The notes beneath the pieces are model-generated. The model had not been told where the DNA came from. It saw only the letters and a list, made by a program, of their open reading frames with translations, and searched no databases. The translations under genes and the position numbers were made by a program. A DNA stretch of 58,342 nt from a phage: the sequence record PZ445426.1; one strand, given 5' to 3'. Shown piece after piece: positions 29,632-38,488 of this stretch; the stretch's first letter is position 1; every line of letters starts with the position of its first letter.

Positions 29632-30224
29632 TTTAACACCTCTTTAGACTGTTCAATTTCTAACGCACGCTGTGCGGATGCAATAATATCTTTCAAGTCT
29701 TCTACCAGACTTTTATGACCGCGTTCGCCCGGCTGCAACGCCTTTTTAATTAAATGTTGTAAAGCTGGGTTAGTTGTTTTCCAAGCTTCCAAGACATCAT
29801 ACACGTCCACGATGCATTTTACAACATTGCCGTTTTGATCTTTACCATAAATAATTTTCTGATATTTATTCATGGGAATTTTAGATGGTTCATCTTTCGT
29901 AAAAATTGCGGTTTTATCAGTTCTCCAATCGGGCAGATTTGCTTCAATAGATTGTTTGACATAATCATCCGCAACAATATATCGCCAGGCTATAATATCT
30001 TGAACTTTATAAGGGCTATTCTCATCCATAGCTGAACGCCCTTCCATAGCCCAATCCCATCCATGTAATAGATTCTTAACGTGTGTGCCGTTGCGTAAAC
30101 GAACTTCAAACTTCTCATTACGAAGAAAAATAGGCATTCCTTTACCGTCGTGTTGGTGCCAAATTTTATTCAAATTATCTTTCATTTTACGCTCTCGCTG
30201 TACGTGAATGAACTTCGTAAACAA
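29628..30224 (-). CDS. hypothetical protein
   Basis: 198-aa ORF inside the que cluster; true start may be a downstream Met. Confidence 0.4.
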   Translation of the reverse strand: MFTKFIHVQRERKMKDNLNKIWHQHDGKGMPIFLRNEKFEVRLRNGTHVKNLLHGWDWAMEGRSAMDENSPYKVQDIIAWRYIVADDYVKQSIEANLPDWRTDKTAIFTKDEPSKIPMNKYQKIIYGKDQNGNVVKCIVDVYDVLEAWKTTNPALQHLIKKALQPGERGHKSLVEDLKDIIASAQRALEIEQSKEVLK

Positions 30225-30666
30225 CCCAAAGGATGGCAGATGCTGTGAACTTACTTAAGCTCATTGCTACCATTGATCCCGGATTAACAATACCTATAAT
30301 ACTTAAGAAGACAATAGAGTCAATTGGTACAGCTACCAAAGAGCTGATAAATACGCGTTGATGAAAAGGCTTCTTCGTAATCGTGTATACCGCATAGTCC
30401 GCAAACTCGCTAAGGGCGAAGGACGCAACGGATGCAACTACAACCGCAGGATCCCCGAACACCCAGCTAAGGATGCAACCGACAATCATTGCAGGAATAA
30501 CGCCTTTACCAGCGTTACGCTGTGCGTAGTCACGCAACACAAAGATAATACCTACAAAGAAAGCCATCATGGGGACTACGCCAAGAGGCGTGTTAAGCAT
30601 CGGAAGGTAGGAAAAGCCCAGGTTTACGAATGTAATTGCAGCCAGATAAGCAACGATAAATTTCAT
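30187..30666 (-). CDS. YhhQ-like queuosine-precursor transporter
   Basis: ATG 30666 with GGAGAA RBS; about 160 aa, multiple hydrophobic helices; lies between queD and queC. Confidence 0.5.
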   Translation of the reverse strand: MKFIVAYLAAITFVNLGFSYLPMLNTPLGVVPMMAFFVGIIFVLRDYAQRNAGKGVIPAMIVGCILSWVFGDPAVVVASVASFALSEFADYAVYTITKKPFHQRVFISSLVAVPIDSIVFLSIIGIVNPGSMVAMSLSKFTASAILWVVYEVHSRTARA

Positions 30667-30786
30667 ACTTTTGTTCTCCAGTTTTAACAGCGTTATTCGC
30701 TGGTTGTTGGGTTTAAAAGCTTTAGTAGTATAGTTGGGTCCCCGCACCCTAAACAATGCGCTAGCGGTGCGGTTTTCGCGGTAAGA

Positions 30787-31494
30787 TCAAGCTTTGCTAA
30801 TAAATTCGCTGTACCCTTTAGCACGCAGTTTGCACGCAGGACATTCACCGCAACCATATCCCCAGTCATGCAGAGTGCGACGGACGCCATTATAGCAAGT
30901 ATGGGACTGTTCAATTACTGTGGTTAAGAAACCAACCTTATCCGCCAGTTCAAACGTTTCCGCTTTGTTTAAACGCATAAGGGGGGTAACAAAATGAATA
31001 TCTGTTTCATATCCAACGTTTAACGTAGCTTCAAGGAGATCAACAAACTGCTGGCGACAATCCGGATAACCGCTATAGTCTGTTTCACAAACGCCTGTAA
31101 CCACATATCGGGCTCCAACCTTCTGCGCGTAGGCGTGCGCTGTAGTCAGGAAAAGCGCATTACGGTTTGGCACAAAGCTTGCCGGAAGGTTGTTGTGCTG
31201 TTCGTGGTGTTCGTTAACATCGCCTTCGTTCCCAATTAAAGCACTATTGCCAATCTGTTTCAAAGCAGGTAATTCAAAGACAACAAACGGGACATTGTGC
31301 TCTTTACATATCTGTTCAGCGCAAGCCAATTCCACAGTGTGACGTTGACCGTATGCAAAACCAATAGCGTAAACCTTATCATAGTTATTAAGTGCAAGAC
31401 CTAAACAGGTCACGCTGTCCTGGCCGCCAGACAGGACGACAACGGCGGAGTTATGATTTTTTACAGGGAATACCAGTTTATCTAATTTATTCAT
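30787..31494 (-). CDS. queC: 7-cyano-7-deazaguanine synthase
   Basis: N-terminal PP-loop VVVLSGGQDS; C-terminal Cys cluster (CYNGxxxxxxxGYGCGECPAC); 235 aa stand-alone. Confidence 0.8.
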   Translation of the reverse strand: MNKLDKLVFPVKNHNSAVVVLSGGQDSVTCLGLALNNYDKVYAIGFAYGQRHTVELACAEQICKEHNVPFVVFELPALKQIGNSALIGNEGDVNEHHEQHNNLPASFVPNRNALFLTTAHAYAQKVGARYVVTGVCETDYSGYPDCRQQFVDLLEATLNVGYETDIHFVTPLMRLNKAETFELADKVGFLTTVIEQSHTCYNGVRRTLHDWGYGCGECPACKLRAKGYSEFISKA

Positions 31495-31495
31495 T

Positions 31496-31684
31496 TTAGA
31501 AACCTTTAAGACTAATATTAAGGTTAATGACTACTTGTTCCACCACCGCTTCAGATGTTACCTGACGCTGGTGTATCTCAAGCTCCGAATGTATTTTCTT
31601 TGATGCAGCGCGGCAAATAGCGTCATTCAACTCGTCCTGTAAACGTTGGATTTTCTGCATAAGAATTACAGTTTCTTCATTCAT
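31496..31684 (-). CDS. hypothetical protein
   Basis: 62-aa ORF between queE and queC. Confidence 0.35.
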   Translation of the reverse strand: MNEETVILMQKIQRLQDELNDAICRAASKKIHSELEIHQRQVTSEAVVEQVVINLNISLKGF

Positions 31685-31889
31685 CTTCTACACCTTTAAT
31701 ATCACAAGGATTGATTGTTACATTTGACATCACAATTGGATGATTGCGTGCCCCAATTGTGCTAACGTGATTAATATCTAATTCTACATGCACGCCCTGC
31801 ATAGTAGCATGAGCAATTGAAGAATTAAGTTTTTCTACCAGCTCAGTGATCATTTCCTGATGCTGTTTCGCTTCTTCCAAAGTGATCAT
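31677..31889 (-). CDS. hypothetical protein
   Basis: 70-aa ORF; start overlaps queE stop. Confidence 0.35.
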   Translation of the reverse strand: MITLEEAKQHQEMITELVEKLNSSIAHATMQGVHVELDINHVSTIGARNHPIVMSNVTINPCDIKGVEDE

Positions 31890-32596
31890 TATTCCACCCC
31901 GATATATTTATGAACCTGAAGCTGCAACGTGTAACCGTGTTTCATACAGCTTTGGACAACCGCTTGGATATTGCTGTGGTTAAGGTCTTCATCCTGCTCG
32001 TCCATTGGCTGTAAATATATCTTACCCTTGAACCCCTTCGGAGGTCTAGCGATAAATGGCGTAGCTTGATGATCTAATGCTTGAAGAGGTAAACCATCTT
32101 CCACGTTTACACAGCACGCTTTAAGTACATATTTAAATGCATTAGCGCGGCGCAGCACAGAAGGATGAATCTTTGAGGTCTTGGGACTACATACAATCAC
32201 AGGTAACTGGGAAAAGTTCTTAGGTAAAGGCATAGATCCATTAGTTTCAATTTGCACCAAATACCCGCGCGATAACAGTTGTTCAATAAACGGGTTAATT
32301 TGCTGACGGAACGGTTCACCCCCAGTGATAACCACAAGTGAGGTGCTATTGCCTGATTCCAGCTTACGGCTTTCGATTAAACGCATAATATCGACAATAT
32401 GATAAAGACTACGACCAACAGTATAATCTGTATCACAGCCAGGGCATTGCAGATTACACCCAGCAAGACGCACAAATACAGCAGGTTGGCCGCAGAATGG
32501 ACCTTCACCCTGAATGGTAGAGAATACCGAATGGACGTCTAAATACATATCGTTTTCTTTAGAACGGGACTCGGGAGCTTGTTGATTAATATTCAT
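31889..32596 (-). CDS. queE: 7-carboxy-7-deazaguanine synthase (radical SAM)
   Basis: VFVRLAGCNLQCPGCDTDY (QueE-type CxxxCxxC cluster); GAGGA RBS. Confidence 0.8.
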   Translation of the reverse strand: MNINQQAPESRSKENDMYLDVHSVFSTIQGEGPFCGQPAVFVRLAGCNLQCPGCDTDYTVGRSLYHIVDIMRLIESRKLESGNSTSLVVITGGEPFRQQINPFIEQLLSRGYLVQIETNGSMPLPKNFSQLPVIVCSPKTSKIHPSVLRRANAFKYVLKACCVNVEDGLPLQALDHQATPFIARPPKGFKGKIYLQPMDEQDEDLNHSNIQAVVQSCMKHGYTLQLQVHKYIGVE

Positions 32597-32618
32597 CTTA
32601 AATCCTCTAGTGAAAAAG

Positions 32619-32640
32619 AAAGCGCCTCATTGGGCGCTTT
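32619..32640 (-). terminator. intrinsic terminator hairpin (AAAGCGCC-caatga-GGCGCTTT + CUUUUUC) immediately upstream of queE
   Basis: read directly; TTGTAA-18-TATAAT promoter-like hexamers abut it at 32642..32671. Confidence 0.5.
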
Positions 32641-32665
32641 CATTATAACGTGATATGTTTTGATA

Positions 32666-33469
32666 TTACAAGCCGTTCAGGGCTTCCGGTACTGGCATAG
32701 GCACACGACCAGTTACACCATTGAACTTCTTCCAACGTGCATACTGAGTTTTAACAGTATCTTCGTTCAGACCGTGACGACCTGCCAGATTCAGAACATA
32801 AGAGATCGGAGCAGGCTGACCCAGCGTAGCGCTAATCTGATCCATCAGAGCCCAGGCACGACCGCAGGAAGTTTCCGGTTGCGGACGGCGAACACCGTTC
32901 TGTTCAGGCATACGATTAGCTTCTTTTTCTTTCTCGCGGAGCTCTTTAGCGCGTGCTTTTTCCGCTTCTTTTTCTGCCTGTTTTGCAGCACGAATCTTGT
33001 CTTTGAAGCCTTTAATAGTAGCTTCCAGACCATCCACCAGACCCTGAGCAGAAGTTACAGCACCGGACAGGTCTTCACCTTTAGACTTCTTAACGACAGC
33101 TTTCAGCTCTTTCAGAGCTTCTTTAATGGTCTTCAGGTTTGCAGATCCCTGAGTTCCTGCTTCCGTGATCTGTTCAACAGTGCTTTCGTCGGTGACGGTA
33201 GCCAAAGAGTTTTTCAGGATTTCAGCAGCGTTAGCAATCGCATTAAATTTGTTTTCCGCTTCAATGCGGATTTCAGCTTGTTTCTTTTCAGCGGCAGCTT
33301 TTTTCTCTGCTTCTTTTTTCTCTTTTGCTACGCGTGCAGCTTCAGCAGCAGCGGCTTTCTTAGCTTCTGCATCATTCACAGTAGCTTCTTTCTTTGCAGG
33401 TTTAGCAGATTTTGCAGCGGCAGCAGCGGCAGCAGCGGCAGCGGCTTTTTTATCTTCAATGTTGCTCAT
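32666..33469 (-). CDS. Lys/Ala/Glu-rich histone-H1-like protein with poly-Ala tract
   Basis: ATG 33469 with GGAG RBS (track start 33478 is GTG); N-terminal KKAAAAAAAAAAAAK and KAAAEKK repeats; globular C-terminal 90 aa. Confidence 0.45.
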   Translation of the reverse strand: MSNIEDKKAAAAAAAAAAAKSAKPAKKEATVNDAEAKKAAAAEAARVAKEKKEAEKKAAAEKKQAEIRIEAENKFNAIANAAEILKNSLATVTDESTVEQITEAGTQGSANLKTIKEALKELKAVVKKSKGEDLSGAVTSAQGLVDGLEATIKGFKDKIRAAKQAEKEAEKARAKELREKEKEANRMPEQNGVRRPQPETSCGRAWALMDQISATLGQPAPISYVLNLAGRHGLNEDTVKTQYARWKKFNGVTGRVPMPVPEALNGL

Positions 33470-33596
33470 TCTCTTCACTCCGAATTGTTATGGGTTCGTT
33501 TGTTACCAACGGGGTTAAATGTACCAAAGGATTTTGTGACACGCAACCCCTTATCTGAACATTTTTAAAAATATTTTTGATCAAGCTTAGAACTTA

Positions 33597-34091
33597 CTAG
33601 CTCTTTGCCCCTCTTCCCGGCGTCCATGCAGCTTGCAATGCGGGTTGTTCACAAACGACCCGGGCACCGGAAATAATACCACCCTCCCGTTCAGCATCGT
33701 ATTTGACACGGGCAGGTTTCCAAAGTCCTTCATCCATTGACGGTACATATTGCCCAATTTGAGGTGAGCAAAAGCCTTGGATATCGTATTCCACACAGAA
33801 TTCGGCTTGTGCGCTGATTTGGGCGTGATCCAGGATTGTTTCTGGAAGTTGAGTAAAGTAATCAAACAAAATGCGCTCAACAATTTCCCGTTCATAAGGT
33901 GCAGCTCCTAAGTTTTCTGTCAGGTTAATATAAAGCATTTGAAGATCAACATCTTCAAGATCTTTTAAATCGTTTACTGGTGTTACCAGTGTTGACTCTG
34001 GACAACAAATAATTCCAAGTTGGTGTAGTGTCAGCCAATTGGGATGCTTTGCCAAGAGTTCAAATTTATCTGTATCAATCAGGACGTACAT
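33597..34091 (-). CDS. hypothetical protein
   Basis: 164-aa ORF in minus-strand operon. Confidence 0.45.
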   Translation of the reverse strand: MYVLIDTDKFELLAKHPNWLTLHQLGIICCPESTLVTPVNDLKDLEDVDLQMLYINLTENLGAAPYEREIVERILFDYFTQLPETILDHAQISAQAEFCVEYDIQGFCSPQIGQYVPSMDEGLWKPARVKYDAEREGGIISGARVVCEQPALQAAWTPGRGAKS

Positions 34092-34150
34092 TGCGATCCC
34101 CTATAAATAAGTAATGCCCCAATAGTAGGGGCATTAGATGTTGAAGTCAA

Positions 34151-36127
34151 TTAGAAAGGAACGTAATCCGGATCATCTACTTGTACAGGGTTAACCACAT
34201 TGTTCACCGTTATACCTTGCGTATTCTGCGAAACAATATCGTCCCAGCTTACATCATCGTTATAGCTCGGACCTTCTGTTGTTCCATCCTGCCCGTATAC
34301 TTTAATCTGAATAGCTTCGTCGTCCTGTGGAGCTTCAAACTTACCGAAACAAGTACCATCATAATCATAGTTCAATATCTCAGGCCATTTCTTATTGGTA
34401 TGAACTTTGATGTATTTTGGTGTTTTAAGCATTGCAGCAACATCAAGGGCTTCTTCAATAGTTTGTGGTAAAGGTAAATGTGTCCTTTTCTTCCACCATG
34501 CCACCGCTTTACGACCCGCCCAGTCACCATGAAGTAGAGCTACCCATTCGCTGAATATTTTACTACCGCAATAATAAGTCACCTTCATTGTTGGAGGTTT
34601 GGAGCTGTCATTGCGTTTAGTGTGCTTCGCATAAGTAACATGCGTAACTTTAAAGTCTTCAACTACAGGAATGTCCTGCTTGATCAGGGCTTCCGTACTT
34701 GCAGCTTTCTTGAGTTTGGTCTGGAACTTAAACTCATGGCCGCAAAAGCCTTCTTTAACGTAATCCGTCCCGCGTAGCCTAAAACCTTTCAGATATAATT
34801 GTTGAACTTGTTCCTGTGTGACGCTGTCCATTGGGATTGGTGCGAAGCCACCGCAATAGCGAGCGGATGCATGATTATACGACCCACATACATCGCATTC
34901 TTTAACCGGAGCAGTGCCAGCACCTTTTTCGCCCGGGCGCTTGGGTTTAACAGGGTCGTTAATAGGGCCCAAACGGCGCGTATTACCGCTGAAATCCAGT
35001 ACAAGGCAGTTCTGCTTGGGGCTTGCCGCAATAGCTTGTAAGCGTCCCTCCTGCGTGGAAAGATCAAAGCCCTCCGCGTACACCGGACGCGTACCGCGAC
35101 CCAGCATCTGAACCCATAACACCGCCGACGCAGTGGGGCGAAGCATGATAATCAGATCAAGCATTGGATGGTCGAAACCTGTGGTTAAGACGTTGTTGTT
35201 CGTTAACGCACGAAATTCACCGCGCTTGAACTTTTCAATAATCTCGTCACGCTCTTTTGCATCAAGCTTTGAGTGAATACATCCGCAACTAATACCCATA
35301 TCATTCAGCATATCACACGCATCTTTAGCGTGTTCAATACCAGAACAAAATATAAGCCAGCTTTGACGGTCTTCACCACATTCAATGGCTTCCTCAAGTG
35401 CGCGGAGTGTTGCGTCGTCGCGATTTACCGCACTTTGCAGCTCACTTTGAATAAACTCACCACCGCGTTTCCCTACCCCGTTGAGGTCCAACTCCATCTT
35501 TGTACGCTTCGGCACAACCGGAAGCAAATAACCTTGCTCCAGGAACCAGTTAAAGGCTTCAGGGGTAGTTGCATCAAACGTTACTTTATCAAATAAAGCA
35601 TCATCGTCTTCGTTTTCCTTAACAATTGAGCCGTAACCCAGTCGATAAGGTGTAGCGGTAAGACCGATAATTTTTAAATACGGGTTAACTTCACGCAATG
35701 CTGCAAAGAACTTCTTATACATTGTTGCATCACGCGGACTAATAAGGTGCGCTTCATCCACAAAGATTAGATCAACCTTGCCAAACTTTTTAGGATGCTT
35801 AGCAACAGATGCAATCCCCGCAAATGTGATAAGATTATAAACTTCTTTACGCTTCAAACCTGCGCTGTAAATACCTGCTGGCGCTTCAGGCCAGACTTTC
35901 ATTAATTTATCATAGTTTTGCGCAATCAACTCTTTGACGTGAGTTAACATCATTACGCGCTGGTTTGGATACCATTTATAAAGCAGATCGAGGAACCCCG
36001 CGATAACGAGCGATTTTCCTGTCCCTGTTGGTAACAGGATCAAAGGGTTCCCCGCGTTACCCTTTTCAGCATCAAAATAGCGGAATACGCTATAAACTGC
36101 TTCCTGTTGATAATCTCTTAATTTCAT
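34151..36127 (-). CDS. SF2 DEAD/DEAH-box helicase
   Basis: motif I LLPTGTGKS, motif II DEAH, motif III TATP, motif VI QMLGRGTR; C-terminal Cys-rich extension. Confidence 0.8.
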   Translation of the reverse strand: MKLRDYQQEAVYSVFRYFDAEKGNAGNPLILLPTGTGKSLVIAGFLDLLYKWYPNQRVMMLTHVKELIAQNYDKLMKVWPEAPAGIYSAGLKRKEVYNLITFAGIASVAKHPKKFGKVDLIFVDEAHLISPRDATMYKKFFAALREVNPYLKIIGLTATPYRLGYGSIVKENEDDDALFDKVTFDATTPEAFNWFLEQGYLLPVVPKRTKMELDLNGVGKRGGEFIQSELQSAVNRDDATLRALEEAIECGEDRQSWLIFCSGIEHAKDACDMLNDMGISCGCIHSKLDAKERDEIIEKFKRGEFRALTNNNVLTTGFDHPMLDLIIMLRPTASAVLWVQMLGRGTRPVYAEGFDLSTQEGRLQAIAASPKQNCLVLDFSGNTRRLGPINDPVKPKRPGEKGAGTAPVKECDVCGSYNHASARYCGGFAPIPMDSVTQEQVQQLYLKGFRLRGTDYVKEGFCGHEFKFQTKLKKAASTEALIKQDIPVVEDFKVTHVTYAKHTKRNDSSKPPTMKVTYYCGSKIFSEWVALLHGDWAGRKAVAWWKKRTHLPLPQTIEEALDVAAMLKTPKYIKVHTNKKWPEILNYDYDGTCFGKFEAPQDDEAIQIKVYGQDGTTEGPSYNDDVSWDDIVSQNTQGITVNNVVNPVQVDDPDYVPF

Positions 36128-36636
36128 AAAGGTCTCACTGTTCTATGATTCTTGTTAAACCCGTATGTAATTTCAGCCTCTTTTCTTGTCTTTATTGCGT
36201 CTTGTAGACTTTCAAAATAACCAAGATGCAGCCGAATACCGTATACATCAATCTGAGCTTTCCATTTCTTATTTGCCTTAGCCCACGTTACTCCAGGACA
36301 ACCGCTCTTATTATTCGATGGTAGTTTTCTATTATGGTTGTTATGGTATTTATTACTTTTATTTAGATTAGTTTTCCAATTATGCGTACCGTCACCATCA
36401 TCATGATCAATATATTCTGGTTCTTCGTTATAGAGCATTTTCCAGATTATACGATGTGCGTAATAATTAAGACCGTTCATAAAAACCATAATATAGGTTT
36501 TACCATGACTAAAAGTAACTTCACTCCCTGCAATTTGACCGTTATGGTTCCAGAATAAGTTACCGCTATCTTCGCTATAGCTAAAAATCCTATTGAGTTC
36601 TTCTTGCGTCGGTAGCGGCAACCTTTTCATAATCAA
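36124..36636 (-). CDS. HNH homing endonuclease with AP2 DNA-binding domain
   Basis: HRIIW...IDHDDGDGTHN (HNH) followed by GVTWAKANKKWKAQI...LGYFES (AP2-like). Confidence 0.65.
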   Translation of the reverse strand: MIMKRLPLPTQEELNRIFSYSEDSGNLFWNHNGQIAGSEVTFSHGKTYIMVFMNGLNYYAHRIIWKMLYNEEPEYIDHDDGDGTHNWKTNLNKSNKYHNNHNRKLPSNNKSGCPGVTWAKANKKWKAQIDVYGIRLHLGYFESLQDAIKTRKEAEITYGFNKNHRTVRPL

Positions 36637-37541
36637 TCTTTCCCGTAATAATTAGCTACTTGATAGTTTTGACAACCAACTTTCTGTCCTTGCGTATCCA
36701 CTGAGGCGGAATGGAAATTGCAATACCATGTTCCATCTTCTTTTGGTTCAAGGAATTGACATGTGCGGCAGTTTACTTCCGGCATAGTTTTACGCCAGCA
36801 TAGTGAGGAGTGATCGCACCATTTACATTCGAAGAAAGTGGAATCTTTAAACGCGCGGTCCGGAATATCTGTAGCAATAGCAATCTGCACACCACGATCA
36901 ATATACATGTCCGCGGTAACAGGATCAAACGGAATAATTTCTGCGTAAACTTCATCGTCATTCTTGTTTACAGCAAGATATAACGCTGCGCCAAGACCTA
37001 GTTTTCGCATGTACACGTTCATCTGTACATAGTGCTCAGGTTTGGCTTCTTTGACACCTTTAGCTTTCAGCTTTTTAAAAGACTTATCGTTATGGGTTTT
37101 CATTTCGGTAAGCACAGGCATCCCAGGCTGCACGTCCGGACAACCTATAACCACACCATCGCAGGAACCGCCAAAGTGTCCGCCAGCTTCGCTGATACGG
37201 AACTGGTGTCCGTTTTCATCCTGCTGGTAGACCTGCATACCTGCCGCAAGAAGCATAGCAATAAAGCGCGCTTCTTCCAGATGTCCGCGGTTAAACAGTC
37301 GAAGCTGGCGTCCGTCAAACTCTTTGCGTGTAGCCCAGCGATATCCATAGAAAAGCTTTCGTGCGCATTGTTGACCAATAAGGGAAGCGCCTAAGTGACT
37401 GCGGTTACCGCTTTCAGGACGATAAGCGTCTTCAATTGTGGGAATAACTACGCCAAGATACTTACGGTAAGTCCCACCCTGATCTTTTTGCACACCATCA
37501 TTGATCGCTTGAAGTGTTTTTTCTGCAATATAAATAGCCAT
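36633..37541 (-). CDS. PD-(D/E)xK nuclease (Cas4/RecB-like exonuclease) with C-terminal Cys cluster
   Basis: D...EMK core, QMNVY motif, four C-terminal cysteines (CKWCDHSSLC...CRTC) consistent with an Fe-S cluster. Confidence 0.55.
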   Translation of the reverse strand: MAIYIAEKTLQAINDGVQKDQGGTYRKYLGVVIPTIEDAYRPESGNRSHLGASLIGQQCARKLFYGYRWATRKEFDGRQLRLFNRGHLEEARFIAMLLAAGMQVYQQDENGHQFRISEAGGHFGGSCDGVVIGCPDVQPGMPVLTEMKTHNDKSFKKLKAKGVKEAKPEHYVQMNVYMRKLGLGAALYLAVNKNDDEVYAEIIPFDPVTADMYIDRGVQIAIATDIPDRAFKDSTFFECKWCDHSSLCWRKTMPEVNCRTCQFLEPKEDGTWYCNFHSASVDTQGQKVGCQNYQVANYYGKD

Positions 37542-37606
37542 TGGAATACCTTAGAAAAATAAGCCGTCTTTCGACGGCTTATGGACACTACAGAGGGAGG
37601 GTTAAC

Positions 37607-38488
37607 TTACTGCTGCCACGGCGGGACTGCTGCTTGTGCCGGATGCGGTTCAGCTTGCTGCTGAGGCTGAGCTTGCTGCTGAGGTGCTGCTGCCTGGCCT
37701 GGCTGTGCTACCTGCTGCGCCCACGGCTGCTGAGCTGCTTCCGGTGCTACTGGCTGTTGTACCGGAGCTTGCTGCACTGGCTGCTGTGGTGCTGCATTTT
37801 GAGCAGGATTATCCCACGGCTGCGGTGCGGCGTTCTGCCACGGTTGAGCTGCTGCGCCCTGCTGCGGTGCTGGTTGCTGCACAGGCTGCTGAACTGGCTG
37901 CTGTTGCTGCACCGGAGCTTGCTGCTGTACAGGTGCTTGCTGTTGCTGAGCAAACGGGTTAGCTGCTGGTTGCCGAGGTGCTGCGCCCGGGAAAGCTGGC
38001 TGCTGTGCTGGAGCACCTGCACCAAACGGGTTAGCTACTGCTGGAGCACCCATTGATGAAGCCTCTGCTGCTTTTTCTGCATATTTAACCGGATCGTTGA
38101 TGTTAGCGTAACCGTTAGGCTCGTTGCTGTCTTCATAACCTTCCTGAGAACGAACTTTCAGACGCAGGTTCAGCGGAATGTTATGCAGCTGAGCAGGGGT
38201 ATCCCAGCGAATTACACCAACCGCATGGGACAGAGCACCCAGTTGCTCGTAAGCGATGCGTACAGTATCTTCGTTGTCGTTAATGACGTTATAACGAGCA
38301 AAGATTTTACGCCCTTTAGCAAAACCGTCAATGATGCTAAACGTTACCTGGATCGCCATACCGCCGTTTTTGGTCGGTTTAAATTCAGATGCTTCAATTA
38401 CTGCTTTATACCAACCTTTCGGCAATGCGCCGTAAGAAGGTGCTTGATAGCTGCTCGCGTCAAAGTGGAAATTAGTTGGCATAGTCAT
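37607..38488 (-). CDS. putative ssDNA-binding protein with long Gln/Pro/Ala-rich low-complexity tail
   Basis: about 140-aa globular N-terminus then about 150 aa of PVQQ/AQQ repeats; directly downstream of Sak4-like ATPase. Confidence 0.45.
   Translation of the reverse strand: MTMPTNFHFDASSYQAPSYGALPKGWYKAVIEASEFKPTKNGGMAIQVTFSIIDGFAKGRKIFARYNVINDNEDTVRIAYEQLGALSHAVGVIRWDTPAQLHNIPLNLRLKVRSQEGYEDSNEPNGYANINDPVKYAEKAAEASSMGAPAVANPFGAGAPAQQPAFPGAAPRQPAANPFAQQQQAPVQQQAPVQQQQPVQQPVQQPAPQQGAAAQPWQNAAPQPWDNPAQNAAPQQPVQQAPVQQPVAPEAAQQPWAQQVAQPGQAAAPQQQAQPQQQAEPHPAQAAVPPWQQ

Noticed and set aside
32660-33568. 302-aa plus-strand ORF
   Set aside because: Antisense to the Lys/Ala-rich gene; Phe/Ser/Cys-rich translation typical of non-coding frames
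37541-38056. 171-aa plus-strand ORF rich in Leu/Cys/Arg
   Set aside because: Created by the CTG/CAG repeat tract encoding the SSB-like tail on the other strand
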